Assembly (NCBI GenBank): GCA_030390025.1
Contig: CM059431.1
Span: 142,106,001 to 142,170,000 of the forward strand
Direction: 5' to 3'
Source: Squalus acanthias
Taxonomy: Eukaryota
DNA: 64,000 bases
Shown: positions 1 to 13,917 of the stretch, piece by piece
Position numbering within the stretch: position 1 is the first letter of the stretch
How the letters are laid out: every line of letters begins with the position of its first letter
Position numbers and translations under genes: made by a program
The notes under the pieces: model-generated
The model's database searches: none
Seen by the model: only the letters and a program-made list of their open reading frames with translations
What the model was told of the DNA's origin: nothing

Positions 1-672
1 CGTCTCATTTACATTTGACCGATTTGTAGTTCTCTGCTGCCAGAAGTTTAAGACAAAATATTGCACCAAGAGAACTGCGGCCGCGGCTATAACAACGTTT
101 TCGGTCCTGACCTTATTTAAAGACATCCCCGTATTGTTTGGATTTGAACATCAGCAAATAATTAACAAGGTGCAGTGGGGCTGCCGTCCAAGTGTGGCTT
201 TTTCTTCCTCACCTCCAGGTGTTGCCTACCTCTGGTTTCACAGCGCCTGGGTTGTTTGGCTTCCTTTCAGTTTAATTGTCTTGTTTAATTCTTTAACAGT
301 CCGTCGTATATTAGTGGCCAGCAGAGCCCGCAGGGAACTCCGGGGTCACAGGACTGAGAATCAGTGTGATCCGGAGATGCAGAACCGAAGGAAATCTATC
401 ATTTGACTCTTCACTATATCGGGCAGTTTTATATTGTTGTGGCTGACAAATGCCGTGAGTTTGTTAACTACCAGACTGGGAAACACCATTATTACCGAGG
501 CGACCGCACAGACCCTGGATATATCGCCACAGAAACCGGAGCCATGCTGAAGTTTTTGAATGGCTTTCAAAACCTGTATATTTATGCAGCGACCCAGAGG
601 AAATTCAGAGAAGAGCTGAAGACTGTGGTGAAATATCCCTGGACAATCACTCTGAGATTGGTTAGAAAATGA
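1..672 (+). pseudogene. GPR139/GPR142-like class A GPCR, copy 1 (3' part of exon 2; 5' end lies outside the window); pseudogene
   Basis: The frame from base 2 reads VSFTFDRFVVLCCQKFKTKYCTKRTAAA...WGCRP...LFNSLTVRRILVASRARRELRG...RRKSII, collinear with copies 2 and 3. In-frame TGA at 404-406 where the paralogs have TTA (Leu). A 1-nt deletion near 487-489 shifts the frame, and the TM7/H8 segment (YRGD..YIATETG..YIYAATQRKFREELK) is in ORF 403..672. Confidence 0.88.
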
Positions 673-1734
673 GATTTAAAGTAATCAAGTCAAACAAAAG
701 CTCCCTCGTAACTAAAGCTCAATTTCAACTCCTTTTCCACCGTAGAACGTCCTTCTTTCTGGAAATGTGAAAAATGGGAGAGTTCATGTGTGAACATTTA
801 TTCGATTTTTAGCATGCGTTTGATGTCTGCTTTACTTTAGCTTTTCTCGCTTCTTTCGCTGAGTAAACATAACCTATTCCGGCAAATTTAGCACATTTCA
901 ATTTCAGGGATCAAACAGAACAATGATGAGGTGCAGCAGTGGAGTCGGACATGTGTGTAACAGAGGAATCCACCTCACACTGCAGATACTTGGATCGGGC
1001 GCGCCACTTTAAAATCATCAATAAAGTTTCATTGGGTGCCGAAAACTATCAAAGGTCCTGCGATCGCCGATATTGGTTAATTTCCTGGAAGTTTGGTGTG
1101 AATATTGCAGGCGCGAGTCTCTCTATCGGACTCCATTCCTCATTGACAAACGGAGCCGGCTCTTGTCACGTGATCAGTGTTCCAATGGAGGAAACAGTCG
1201 GAACCCGGCTCAGAGATGTGACCTTTCACCTCTTTTGTCCCAGATACTGATTTAAAATCTCGATTGCGCGCTGACTGGTGTCTCTCACTCATAACTGAGG
1301 TGGAGTCTGCTCTTGTTTTGTGCTGTCGATAGAAGTATCATCAGTAATATTATTGAAATTCTGTCTCAATCAGTCTCCCAAACAAAATAGTAAAGGAATG
1401 TAAACATGAACGATTATTTATAAAATTATTAACTATTACTTTTCATGCAATTTATCTGTAAAAAAAAAGCTGCTAGAAATTCAGCTGAAATAAAACTGAT
1501 ATTAATTATTCTGTGTTTGGCTGAACATATGCGGACGGTCAGAAAGAATCTTTGGTAATTACCGTCTTAATATGCGGTTACAATTTGTCCCAAATAATCA
1601 TTAAAATTCCAGCAACTTTGAATCACTTGCAAATTGTTCATCCCTGATCTCACCAATCTGCGAGGAAACGACAAGGAATGGAAGAATTTCTCAATTGAAA
1701 AACCTGAAGGATGTGGATGGAGAGTGAGCGATAG

Positions 1735-2400
1735 GGATCCAAAAATTAATTCATCGAAAGTGTGTTTTCAGGAGGATAAATCCATGCAAACAAAGAGAGA
1801 AATTTGTGTTTATATATATGGGCGTAGACCACAAGAATAAACAAGTGATGATGAATCTTTACAAATTGCTGGTGAGGCTACCATTAGAACAGCAGGTACA
1901 GCTTCACCCCCTCGTTGTGGAAAGACCATTAAATCCACTGAGTGCGGGCAGTGTAGATACACCAGGATGGTGCCATGGATCAGAACTATACTGATGATGA
2001 GGGACAAGATATTGGGACTATTTGCACTGGACGACCGAAAGATAAGAGAAGATTTAATAGAGGTTTGAAAAATTCGGAACAGTTTCGGCACAGTGAAGAG
2101 GGAGAGATTATTTCATCTAGTTGGGGAACGAGAAATTAAACCTGATCAACTTTAAATGGCCACAAGAGAATGAGCAGAGAGGTTAGCAGATATTCCTTTA
2201 TGCAAAGACTTGTTTCAGCTGGAATGTTTTGCCTCAGGGAATAGTTAAGGGAGAGTTAATTTAATATTGAAGCAGATAAAATAAGTGGCTGTGGAGAGAG
2301 AAGTAGACAGTGCGGATAGTTTTTGACTGTTGTATCAAAGGACCCTGTACAGATAGAATGGGTCACATGACCTACTCCCACACAGTAAGTCTCTATGTTT
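1735..2400 (+). mobile_element. Highly degraded CR1 LINE 3' fragment
   Basis: Remnant peptide (VMMNLYKLLVRLPLE) matches the C-terminus of CR1 ORF2 in younger copies; boundaries approximate. Confidence 0.6.
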
Positions 2401-3403
2401 TTATTGTGTACCCTGTGTTGCTATCATTTTCATTGTTTTTGTTTCTAAGATACTTTCGTCGCTGTTGAGATTCTATTAAACAAAGCATTAAAATAAAACA
2501 ACTACCAAGGAATCTCCCCGAGGTTCAATAGTCACCCGTCCCTTACAGGTTCGTATTTGTCGATAACCGACTTTCATTCTGTAATTAGCTGTCTGGGCAG
2601 TGCCAGATCTCCCACCCACCCCATAATTCCTCACCGTTTGTAGATGTGGAACCTTGCCCGCTGCTTTGTTAAAATCCGACTGGGACATTCGAACTGCATT
2701 TCCCCTGCCCTACAGGCCAGTGATGTGTTTCAGAAACTCCAGCAGGTTAGTTAAAGATGACACATCGTCCCTCAAACCAATATAATTCCCTTCTACATTG
2801 CTGCTCTCCCAGGTTATCACCCACTGGACCTCTCCTGGCCTTATTTTAAACACTGGAATTATTTCAGCCACTGTCGGATCCTCAGGAATCTTCTCTAATT
2901 GAGGAAATTTGTAACAGTGTCAGTATACCGTCACTCCTGTCAGTCCCCATTCCTTTATCTCGCGGTGTCTGGGTCCCTGGATTCCAGAATCCCATGTTAT
3001 GTGGTTGAACATTGTAACTGTATTTAAAAAAAACTATTGATCGCTGCCTATTATACAAGCTTTCAATGATTCACTTGTGTTCTACTCCGAATATTTACCC
3101 AGCAGGCCTTTGCTAGTCCTTACTGTCTACCTGGTGGATTCGTTGGATAATGTAAAAGCTTTTTCTTAATCCTTAATATTGCTCCCGATTAATGACGTGG
3201 ACCCTCGATGAGGGTCCATTCACTTTTAAATGGAATAATACCTCTTAATCCACACCCACTAGCTCCTTCTTAACTACTTTCCACTTGTCTAATCCACCTT
3301 TCGGATCTCCTGGACCTGCACCACTGCCGGAGTCTCGCACGCACACGGGTGGATTATTGGAAAATTATCGAAGCGCCTGCTCAGCTTTCATTCCATTGCC
3401 ATT

Positions 3404-4146
3404 GGCCCAGAAATTAAAGAGGGAGCCTTCGTGCGGGGGTAAGGCTTCCCCGCGTAATCTCACTGCGCGCCGGCTTTTTCATTCCGAGCTCGCACGAACT
3501 TGATTTTCTAGACAGCAGCTGGGCAGTGCTTGCGTATCCCACAGGCGCAGTTAATTCGTGCGAGCTGTGGGATCACGTGATTCAGTTAGAGCCAATGGCA
3601 GTACACCATCTTTCATTCATAGTTTTCACTTCAAGTGCTGTGAAAGCTATGAATCTATACCCCCCCAAAAGAACAGCTAAACCTCAATTAAATTTTTAAA
3701 AAAACCTTCACATTAATAAAATAAGTATAGTTAAATAAATTAACCACTTTAAACAAAAAGTTAAATTTTTGAAAAAATTTAAAATCTTTTAAAAAGTTAT
3801 AAAAATAAACTTACCTTTCTTTAAAGTCTCTAAAAAAGATATACCTGTTGAAAAAAATTCAAAATAATACTTAATTAACTACTTACCTTATTAAAAGAGG
3901 GTCTTACGCCTCCTTTCTTTATGTGCAAAATCTTGCATGGTTACCTGCGCGTTCAAAGCACTAAGTGCACTGCGTGCGCGCAGCATGTAGCGCGCACGCG
4001 GTTAACTTAGGAACCGCCCCCTTTTGAAATCACCAAGTGCCAGTTTTCAGCGCATGCGCAGTGCATGCAGAAAACCGGCAATTGGAGACAGAATACGCGA
4101 GAGTACACAGTGCGTACTCTCGCGTAGAGGCACTAATTTTTGGGCC
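3404..4146 (+). mobile_element. Non-autonomous DNA transposon (MITE), PIF/Harbinger-like
   Basis: 13-bp TIR GGCCCAGAAATTA / TAATTTTTGGGCC, 3-bp TSD ATT (3401-3403 and 4147-4149), internal hairpins, no ORF; homologous to 20201..20964 and 42543..43305. Confidence 0.85.
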
Positions 4147-4166
4147 ATTGTCTTTTGTTTATGCCT

Positions 4167-5585
4167 AGTAAGGAGGGAGAGAGAAAACGGGGAACTAAAG
4201 AGCAGTTAGCCTGACATCAGTAGTAGGGAAAATGCTAGAATCTACTTTTAAGGGCGTTGTAACAGGGCACTTAGAAAATAACAATAGGATTGGGCAGAGT
4301 CAATTAGGATTTTTGAAAGGGAAATCGTGTTTGACAAACCTGCTAGAATTTTTTGAGTTTGTAACGAACAGATTAGCTTTTTGGTAACCAGTGGATGTGG
4401 TTTATGTGAATTTTCAGAAGGCATTCGATAACGTGCTACACAAGAGATTTTTCAACAAAATTAGGGCTCTTGGGACGGGGGGTAATATACTAGCATGGAT
4501 TGAGGATTGGTTAACGGCCAGAAAACAGAGAGTAAGAATAAACGGGTCATTTTCATGTTGGTGGGCTGTAACTAGTGGGGTACCGCAAGGATCAGTGTTT
4601 GGGCCTCAGCTATTCACAATCTACTTCAATGATGTGGATGAGGGGACTGAATGTAACATATCCAAGTTTGCTGATGATACAAAATTGGGTGGGAATGTAA
4701 GTTTTGAGGAGGATGCAAGGAGGCTTCAAGGTGATATAGACAGTGTAGGTGAATGGGCAAGGTCATGGCAAATCGAATAAAATGTGGAAAAATGTGATGT
4801 TATCCACTTTGGTAGCAAAAATAGAAAAGCAGAGTATTTTTTAAATGGTGAGAGATTGGGAAATGTTGGTGTTCAGAGGGAGCTGGGTGTCTTTGTAGAC
4901 GAATCATTAAAGTTAACATGCAGGTCCAGCAATCAATTAGGAAAGCAAATGATATTAAAAAAGGATTTGAGTATAAGAGTAAAGACGTCTTACTACAAAT
5001 ATAGTGGGCCCTGGTGAGACCACACCTGGAGTATTGTTTACAGTTTTGGTCTCCTTACATGAGGAAGGATATATTTGCCATAGAGGGAGTGCAAGGAAGG
5101 TTCACCAGACTGGTTCCTGGGTTGAGGGGATTGTCGTATGAGGACAGATTGAGTACACTAGACCTATATTCTCTAGAGTTTAGAAGAATGAGAGGTGAGC
5201 ACATTGAAACATATATAATTCTTACAGGACTTGACAGTGTAGATGCAGGGAGGATGTTTCCCCTGGCTGGGGAGCCTTGAACCATGGGTCACCGTCGCAG
5301 AATAAGGGATCGGCCATTTAGGACTGAGATGTGGAGAAATTTCTTCACTCAGAGGCTATGAATCTCTGGAATTCTCTACCCAAGAGGGCTGTGGAGGCTC
5401 AGTCGTTGAGTATATTCAAGACAGTGATCGATAGATTTTTTGAATATTAAGGGAATCAAGGGATATAGGGATAGTTCATGTAAGTGGACATGAGGTACAA
5501 AATCAGCCATGATCTTATTGAATGGCGGGGCATGCTTGAAGGGCCAAATAGCCTACTCCTGCTCCTGTTTCTTTTGATCTGATGT
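4167..5585 (+). mobile_element. CR1 LINE, 5'-truncated (RT domain and 3' UTR), disrupted
   Basis: ORF pieces with [36 protein letters not shown]; typical 3' UTR ending GGCCAAATAGCCTACTCCTGCTCCT. Confidence 0.9.
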
Positions 5586-5979
5586 ACTTGTTATCAATGA
5601 TTTAAGAACTTGAAATTCTGAATCTCATGCTCCACTACAGTTTCTAGCTAAATAGCCTTTAGAAAATACTCCGAGTTATCTTTCTTGGTTTATTGTGGAT
5701 GTTTCACACTTGCCGACATTTAGCACCATTTGATATAGTTTTGCTAACTCATTTAATCTTTCTATGTCTCTTTTTAACTTCTCGATCTTATTGGCACAAC
5801 TTACGCTTCAACCGAACTTAGTGTCATTTACAAACTTGAATACATGGCGGTCTATTGTTTCATCGAAGTCATTAATACATATGGTGAAAATGTCAGGCCC
5901 TTGTACAGAAACCTGGGAGTGAGCACTTTTCACAAAGGAATGTTGGAATCGGATCTATACCAGAATTTTAGTGTATGGA

Positions 5980-8582
5980 CATCACCATTAATGCTAGAGA
6001 GGAGCGTCACCAGTAATGCTAAATTACGGTTGACACAAGTACATTAGATAAGGTGCAGCACCAATGATGTTAGAGTAAGCTCACCAAGAGTAATGTTATA
6101 GTATGTTCACCACCAGTAATGTTAGCGAAGGATCAGCACCAGTAATGTTAGAGTAGGATCATCAAGATTAACGTTAATGTAGCGCTGGTACCATTAGCGC
6201 TTCAGTAGCGTCAATAGCAGCAAAATTACAGTAGATTCATCATCACTAATGTAAGAGCGGAGTCACCACCAGTAATGTTAGAGTAAATTCACCACCAGTA
6301 ATGTTAGAGTAGGTTCATCACCAGTAATGTCAGAGTAGGGTCACCACCAGTTATGTTGGGTCAACATCAGCAATTTTACTGCAGGGTCATCAGCAGTAAT
6401 GTTAGAGTAGAGTCGTCAATAGTAACGTTAGAATAGAGGCAACACCACTCACGTTAGAGTCGGGTCACCACCATTAATGTTAGAGTAGGGTCACCACCAG
6501 TAATGTTACTGTAGGGTCACCACCAGTAATATTAGAGTAGGGTCACCATCAGTAATGTTGGAGTAGGGTCACCACCAGTAATGTTAGAGTAGGGTCACCA
6601 CCAAAAATGTTGGAGTAGGGTCACCACCAGTAATGTTAGAGCAGGATCACCATCAGTAATGTTAGAGTAGGGTCACCATCAGTAATGTTAGAGTAGGGTC
6701 ACCACCAGTAATGTTAGAGTAGGGTCACCACCAGTAATGTTAGAGCAGGGTCACCATCAGTAATGTTAGAGTAGGGTCATCACCAGTAATGTTAGACTCG
6801 GGTCACCACAAGTAATGTTATTGTAGGGTTACCACCAGTAATGTTGGAGTAGGGTCACCGCCAGTAATGTTAGAGTAGAGTCACCACCAGTAATGTTAGA
6901 GTAGAGTCACCACCAGTAATGTTAGAGTAGGGTCACCACCAGCAATGTTAGACTAGGGTCACCACCAGTAATGTTAGAGTAGAGTCAAAAACAGTAATGT
7001 TGGTGTAGTGTCACCACCAGTTGTGTTAGAGTAGGGTCACCACAAGTAAGGTTAGAGTAGAGTCACCACCAGTAATGTTAGAGTAGGGTCAAAAACAGTA
7101 ATGTTAGAGTAGGGTCACCACCAGTAATGTTAGAGTACAGTCACCACCAGTAATGTTAGAGTAGCGTCACCACCAGTAAGGTTAGAGTAGGGTCACCACC
7201 AGTAAGGTTAGAGTAGCGTCACCTCCAGTAATGTTAGAGTAGAGTCACCACCACTAATGTTAGGGTAGCGTCACCACCAGTAATGTTAGAGTAGAGTCAC
7301 CACCAGTAATGCTGGATTAGAATCACCAGCAGTAATGTTAGAGTAGCGTCACCACCAGTAATGTTAGACTAGAGTCACCACCAGTAATGTTAGAGTAGAG
7401 TCCCCACCAGTAATGTTAGCGTAGAGTCACCACCAGTAATGTTAGAACAGAGTCACCACCAGTAATGTTAAAGTTGGGTCACCACTGGTAATGTTACAGT
7501 AGGGTGAACACCATAATGTTAGCGTAGGACTACAGTCAGTAAAGTCAGAGTAGAGTCACCAGCAGTAACATTAGAGTAGCGTCACCACCAGCAATGTTAG
7601 AGTAGGATCACCAGCAGCAAAGTTAGAATAGTATTCTGAGCAGTAATGTCAGAGCAGGATCGCCACCAGTAATATTAGAGAAGAGACAACACTAGTAATG
7701 TTATAGTAGAGTCACCACCATCAATTTTAGTGTAGTTTCATCAATAGTAATGTTAGAGTGGAGTCGCCACTAGTAATTTCAGAAGAGGATCAACACCAGT
7801 AATGTAAATGTACAGTCACCACTTTATTCATGTTAGAGTAGGGTCATCACCATAGAGTAGAGTCACCACCAGTAATGTCAGAGAAGCGTCACCACCAGGT
7901 ATGTTGCAGTAGAGTCACCACCAGTAATGTTAGAGAAGCGTCACCACCAGGTATGTTACAGTAGAGTCACCACCAGTAAGGTTAGATTACGTACGCAACA
8001 GGTAATGTTAGAGTAGGTTCACCACCAGTAATGTTAGAGTAGAATCACCACCAGTAATGTTAGAGTAGGGTCAGCACCAGTAATGTTAGACTAGAGTCAC
8101 CACCAATAATGTTAGAGTAGGTTCACCACCAGTAATGCTAGAATGTGGTCAACACCAGTAATCTCAGAGTTGGTCACCACCAGCAATGTTAGAGTAGGAT
8201 CACCAGCAGTAATGTTAGATTGGTGTCAGCAGCAGTAATGAGAGCGCAGGAACACCACCAGTAATAATAGAGAGGAGACAACACCAGCAATGTTAGAATA
8301 GTGTCACCAGCAGTAATGACAGATCAGGAACACCACCAGTAATAATAGAGAGGAGACAACACCAGCAATGTTGGAATAGTGTCACCAGCAGTAATGACAG
8401 AGCAGGAACACCACCAGTAATAATAGAGAGGAGACAACACCAGTAATGTTGGAATAGTGTCACCAGCAGTAATGTCAGATCAGGATCACCACCGGTAATA
8501 TTAGAGAAGAGACAACATCAGAAATGTTAGAGTTGAGTCACCAGCAGTAATGTTAGAGTAGAGTCATTAGCTATAATGTTAT
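5980..8582. repeat. 26-bp satellite array, segment 1 (consensus CACCACCAGTAATGTTAGAGTAGGGT)
   Basis: Period 26 (e.g. TCACCACCAG at 6491 and 6517); homogeneous core about 6470-7480, degenerate edges. Confidence 0.95.
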
Positions 8583-10570
8583 GATAGCAAAATACTGCGG
8601 ATGCTGGATATCTGAAATAACAACAGAAAACGCTGGAAAAACTCAGCAGGCCAGGCAGCATCCGTGGAGAGAGAAAGAGAGTTAACGTTTCAGGTTGATG
8701 ACCTTTCGTCAGAACTGTGAAGAGCCGGAAATCAAATAGATTTAAGGCCAGAGTAAAGCTGGGAAAAGGGGGAGGGGATAAAAGAACAAAGGGGGAGATG
8801 AAGAGACATTAAGAGACATTAAGAGATATGCAAGGCTAGAGGTGGTGTTAATGTGACAGATTAAGGCTGAAAGAAGTGTGAAATCCACTGGCAGAATGAA
8901 GGACAGCTGCCAGCTTCTAGGAGGAAATAAAAGGTGGGGGGGGGGCAAATAAAAGGGTGGAAAAAATAAAATATAAACGTGATTGGAGCTGAGGTTATGA
9001 TCTAAAATTGTTGAACTCAATATTGAGTCCAGAGGGCTGTAGCGTGCCTAAACGAAAGATGAGGTGCTGTTCCTCGAGCTTACGCTGCGCTTCCGTGGAA
9101 CAGTGTAATAGGCCGAGGACGGTGAGGTCAGAGTGGGAGTGAAGCGGTGAATTAAAGTGACAGGCCACCGGGAGCTCGGGGTCCCCCTTACGGACTGAAC
9201 GGAGGTGTTCCGCAAAGCGGTCACCCAATCTGCGTTTGGTCTCCCCAATGTAGAGGAGACCACATCGTGAGCAGCGAATACAGTATACTAAATTGCAGGA
9301 AGTACAAGTAAATCGCTGTTTCACCTGGAAGGGGTGTTTGGGGCCCTGGACAGTGGGAAGAGGGGAGGTGTAAGGGCATGTGTTGCATCTCCTGCGCGTG
9401 CACGGGAAGGTGCCGGGCGAAGGGGAAGGGGTGCTGGGGGTGGTAGAGGAGTGGACTAGGGTGTCGCGGAGGGAGCGGTCCCTGCAGAATGCTGAAAGGG
9501 GAGGTGAGGGGAAGATGTGTTTGGTGGTGGGATCACGCTGGAGGTGGCGGAAATGGCGGAGGATGATCCGTTGAATGTGGAGGCTGGTGGGGTGAAAGGT
9601 GAGGACAAGGGGAACCCTATCGTGGTTCCGGGAGGGAGGGGCAGGGGTGAGGGCAGAAGTGCGGGAGATAGAACGGACACGGTCGAGGGCCGTGTCGACC
9701 ACGGTAGAGGGGAATCTTCGGTTGAGGAAAAAGGAAGACATGTCGGAAGCACTGGTATGGAAGGTGGCATCATCAGAGCAGATGCGGCGGAGACGGAGAA
9801 ACTGGGAGAATGGAATAGAGTCCTTACAGGAGGCGGGGTGGGAGGAAGTGTAGTCCAGGTAGCTGTGGGAGTCAGTGGGCTTGTAGTGAATGTTAGTCAA
9901 TAACCTATCCCCAGAGATGGAGATGGAGAAGTCGAGGAAGGGAAGGGAAGAGTCGGAGATGGACCATGTGAAGGTGAGGGAAGGGTGGAAATTGGAAGCA
10001 TAGTGAATGAAATGTTCTAGTTCAGGGCGAGAGCAGGAGACGGCACCGATACAGTCATCAATGTACCGGAAAAAGAGGTGAGGGAGGGGTCCCGAGTAGG
10101 ACTGGAACAAAGAGTGTTCCACATATCCCACGAAAAGGCAGACATAGCTAGGACCCATGCGGGTACCCATAGCAACACCTTTAATTTGGAGGAAATGGGT
10201 AGAGTCAAAGGAGAAGTTGTTCAATGTGAGAACAAGTTCAGCCAGGCGGAGGAGTGTGGTGGTGGATGGGGACTGGTTGGGCCTCTGTTCAAGGAAGAAG
10301 CGGAGCGCCCTCAGGCCATCCTGGTGGGGAATGGAGGTGGAGAGGGATTGTACGTCCATAGTGAAGAGGAGACGGTTGGGGCCGGGAAACTGGAAACTGT
10401 TAAAATGGCGGAGGGCATCGGAAGAGTCGCGGATGTAGGTGGGAAGAGACTGGACAAGGGGAGAAAAAATAGAGTCGAGATAGGAAGAGATAAGTTCCGT
10501 GGGGCAAGAACAGGCTGAAACGATGGGTCTACCAGGGCAGTCCTGTTTGTGGATCTTGGGAAGGAGGTAG
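8583..10570 (-). mobile_element. Penelope-like retroelement family A (Neptune-like), 5'-truncated; RT plus GIY-YIG open for 454 aa (8995..10359)
   Basis: RT motifs MDVQSL, QIKGVAMGTRMGP, FRYIDD; CxxxxCxxC linker; GIY-YIG VYCIRC..YIGET..EH; 8-bp TSD AATGTTAT (8575-8582 and 10571-10578). Confidence 0.93.
8680..8716 (-). ncRNA. Minimal type I hammerhead ribozyme (Penelope family A)
   Basis: Minus strand AGUU-CUGACGA-A-AGGU-CAUCA-ACCU-GAAA-CG-UU-AACU. Confidence 0.7.
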
Positions 10571-10904
10571 AATGTTATATTTGGTACACCACGAATAATG
10601 TTAGAGTTGGGTCATCCCCAGTAATGTCCGAGTAGGATCACGACCAGTAATGATAGAATAGTGTCATTTCCAGCAATTTTAGAGTAGGTTCATCAACAGT
10701 AATGTTAGTGTATATTCGCCACCATTACGTTTAGCAAAGTGTCTACACCAGTAATGTTAGAATAGGGTTACCACCAGTAATGTTAGAGTACAGTCACCAC
10801 CAGTTATGTTAGAGTAGAGTCACCACCAATAATGCTAGGCTAGGGTCACCATCAATAATGTTAGAGTAGAATCAGCACCAGTAATGTTAGAATAGGGTCA
10901 CAAT
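10571..10904. repeat. 26-bp satellite array, segment 2
   Basis: Same unit, lying between the two Penelope insertions. Confidence 0.9.
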
Positions 10905-13900
10905 GAATCTGCCAAGACTCGGTTTCACAGCCACATTACTTTCCTCAGTAACTGTCTCCGGTTCCGACTTATCCCACGTGGATTCCAACTAAACTTCCAC
11001 CCTTCGTGTTTCGGATCAACCCAGGATTACAAATATCTCCAAGATATTCATCGTTCCTCGAACTACTGCTCTCGCTGCATCTTGAGATCCATGCTCAACG
11101 CCATGCGGCGCCACATGACACTCTCGACATCTCTCTTCAGCAGCACCGACGCACTCTATCTCAAAGCTGTCCGGGTCCACAGTTCCATTTCATCCTTAGA
11201 CTCATCCGACGCTTCAACAAAAAACTTTTCAGCTTCCTTTCCGATGTCAAGGATCGCAAGCTTCAACAACTCTTGGACACTAACGCCCCTCCGGAACCTT
11301 CTTCCCCTTCACTTTCCTCTGACCCCCCTTCTCCCAATCTCACCCCCTGCCGCGTTTTCACTATCCCCTCTGACCTTCCCCTATCTGACTCCAAACGATC
11401 AGTCCTCAGCAAAGGCCTGAGCTTCATCGCCTTACGCCCCCATCTCAGTGAATTTCGAGCTCGGCACGATATTGAGCTCTTTTTCCGCCGCCTCCGTCTC
11501 CGTGCCCACTTCTCTGGCCAGGAGTCTTCCCCCCGCATGGCTGACGCTTTCTCCCCCCTTCAGAATTCTCGTTCCACCTGGACCCCTCCCTCTGGCCTCT
11601 TACCCTCTCTAGATCTTTTCATTGCTAACTGCCGCCGTGACATCGGCCAGCTCAATTTCTCTGCTCCCCTCACTCACTCCAACCTACCTCACTCTGAACT
11701 TGCAGCACTCCATTCTCTCAGATCCAACCTCGACATTGTCATTAAACCTGCTGACAAGGGTGGTGCTGTTCTTGTTTGGCGAACCGACCTCTACCTACCG
11801 GAAGTTGAACGCCAACTGTCCGACACCTCCTCCTACCTCCACCTGGACCATGACCCCACTACAGAACATCATGCCACCGTGTCCAAGACTGTCACTGACC
11901 TCATCTCCTCTGGAGATCTTCCCCCCACGGCCGCCAACCTCATAGTTCCCCAACCCCGCACAGCCCGCTTCTACCTCCTTCCCAAGATCACAAACAGGAC
12001 TACCCTGGTAGACCCATCGTTTCAGCCTGCTCTTGCCCCACGGAACTTATCTCTTCCTATCTCGATTCTATTTTTTCTCCCCTTGTCCAGTCCCTTCCCA
12101 CCTACATCCGCGATTCCTCTGACGCCCTCCGCCACTTTAACAGTTTCCAGTTTCCTGGCCCCAACCGCCTCCTCTTCACCATGGACGTACAATCCCTCTA
12201 AACCTCCATCCCCCACCAGGATGGCCTGAGGGCGCTCCGCTTCTTCCTTGAACAGAGGCCCAACCAGTCCCCATCCAGCGCCAGCCTCCTCTGCCTGGCT
12301 GAACTTGTTCTCACCTTGAACAACTTCTCCTTTGACTACACTAATTTCCTCCAAATCAAAGGTGTTGCTATGGGTACCCGCATGGGTCCTAGCTATGCCT
12401 GCCTTTTCGTGGGATATGTGGAACACTCTTTGTTCCAGTCCTACTCGGGTCTCCTCCCTCACCTCTTTTTCCGGTACATTGACGACTGTATCAGTGCCGT
12501 ATCCTGCTCCCGCCCCGACTAGACAATTTGATTCACTTTGCCTCCAATTTCCACCCTTCCCTCACCTTCACATGGTCCATCTCCGACTCTTCCCTCCCCT
12601 TCCTCGACTTCTCCGTCTCCATCTCTGGGGATAGGTTATTGACCAACATTCACTACAAGCCCACTGACTCCCACAGCTACCTGGACTACACTTCCTCCCA
12701 CCCCGCCTCCTGTAAGGACTCTATTCCCTTCTCCCAGTTTCTCCGTCTCCGCCGGATCTGCTCCGACGATGCACCTTCCATACCAGTGCTTCCGACATGT
12801 CTTCCTTTTTCCTCAACCGAGGATTCCCCTCTACCGTGGTCGACACGTCCCTCGACCGTGTCCGTTCCATCTCCCGAACTTCTGCCCTCACCCCGGCCCC
12901 TCCCTCCCGGAACCACGATAGAGTTCCCCTTGTCCTCACCTTTCACCCCACCAGCCTTCACATTCAACGGATCATCCTCCACCATTTCCGCCACCTCCAA
13001 CGTGATCCCACCACCAAACGTATCTTCCCCTCACCTCCCCTTTCAGCATTCCGTTGGGACCGCTCCCTCCGAGACACCCTAGTCCACTCCTCTATCACCC
13101 CCAGCAGCCCTTCCACTTCACCCGGCACCTTCCCGTGCAAGCGCAGGAGATGCAACACCTGCCCTTATACATCCCCCCTTCCCACTCTCCAGGGCCCCAA
13201 ACACCCCTTCCAGGTGAAACAGCGATTTACTTGTACTTCTTGCAATCTAGTATACTGTATTTGCTGCTCACGATGTGGTCTCCTCTACATTGGGGAGACC
13301 AAACGCAGATTGGGTGACCGCTTTGTGGAACACCTCCGTTCAGTCCGTAAGGGTGACCCCGAGCTTCTGGTCGCTTGTCATTTTAATTCACCCCTCCACG
13401 CTCACTCAGACCTCACCGTCCTCGGCCTCTTACATTGTACCACGGAAGCGCAGCGTAAGCTCCAGGAACAGCACCTCATCTTCCGTTTAGGCACTTTACA
13501 GCCTTCCGGTCTCAATATCGAGTTCAACAATTTCAGATCATAACCCCGGCCCCTACCACATATGTATACATTTTATCCACTCTTTTGGTCCGTGCCTTTT
13601 TCCTTTTTTTTCTCTCTCTCCCCCCACGGCAGCTGTCTCTGATTCTGCCAGCATTTCACACCTTACCTTTTGTTTCTCAACCTGTCCCATTACCATCTCG
13701 TCTTGCCTTGAGCATCTCTCAATGTCTCTACTTACTAAAGACCATCCCTTTTGTTCTTTTATTCCTCCCCCCAGCCTCCCCCTTGCATTTGTATCTGTTT
13801 ATTTCCTGCTCTTTCAGATCCGACGAAGGGTTTCGACCTGAAACGTTAGCTCTCTTTCTCTCTCCACGGATGTTGTCTGGCCTGCTGAGTTTTTCCAGCG

Positions 13901-13917
13901 TTTTCTGTTGTTATTTC
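10905..13917 (+). mobile_element. Penelope-like retroelement family A, near full-length ORF with frameshifts and stops
   Basis: VLSKGLSF, IKPADKGGAV, RFYLLPKI, RT and GIY-YIG motifs across ORFs 11006..13543; 8-bp TSD GTCACAAT (10897-10904 and 13918-13925). Confidence 0.93.

Noticed and set aside
5980..8582. CRISPR-like array
   Set aside because: Head-to-tail 26-bp units with no unique spacers and no cas genes, in a vertebrate context.
9048..13490. Numerous overlapping short ORFs in the Penelope copies
   Set aside because: Alternative-frame and antisense shadows of C-rich RT coding sequence.
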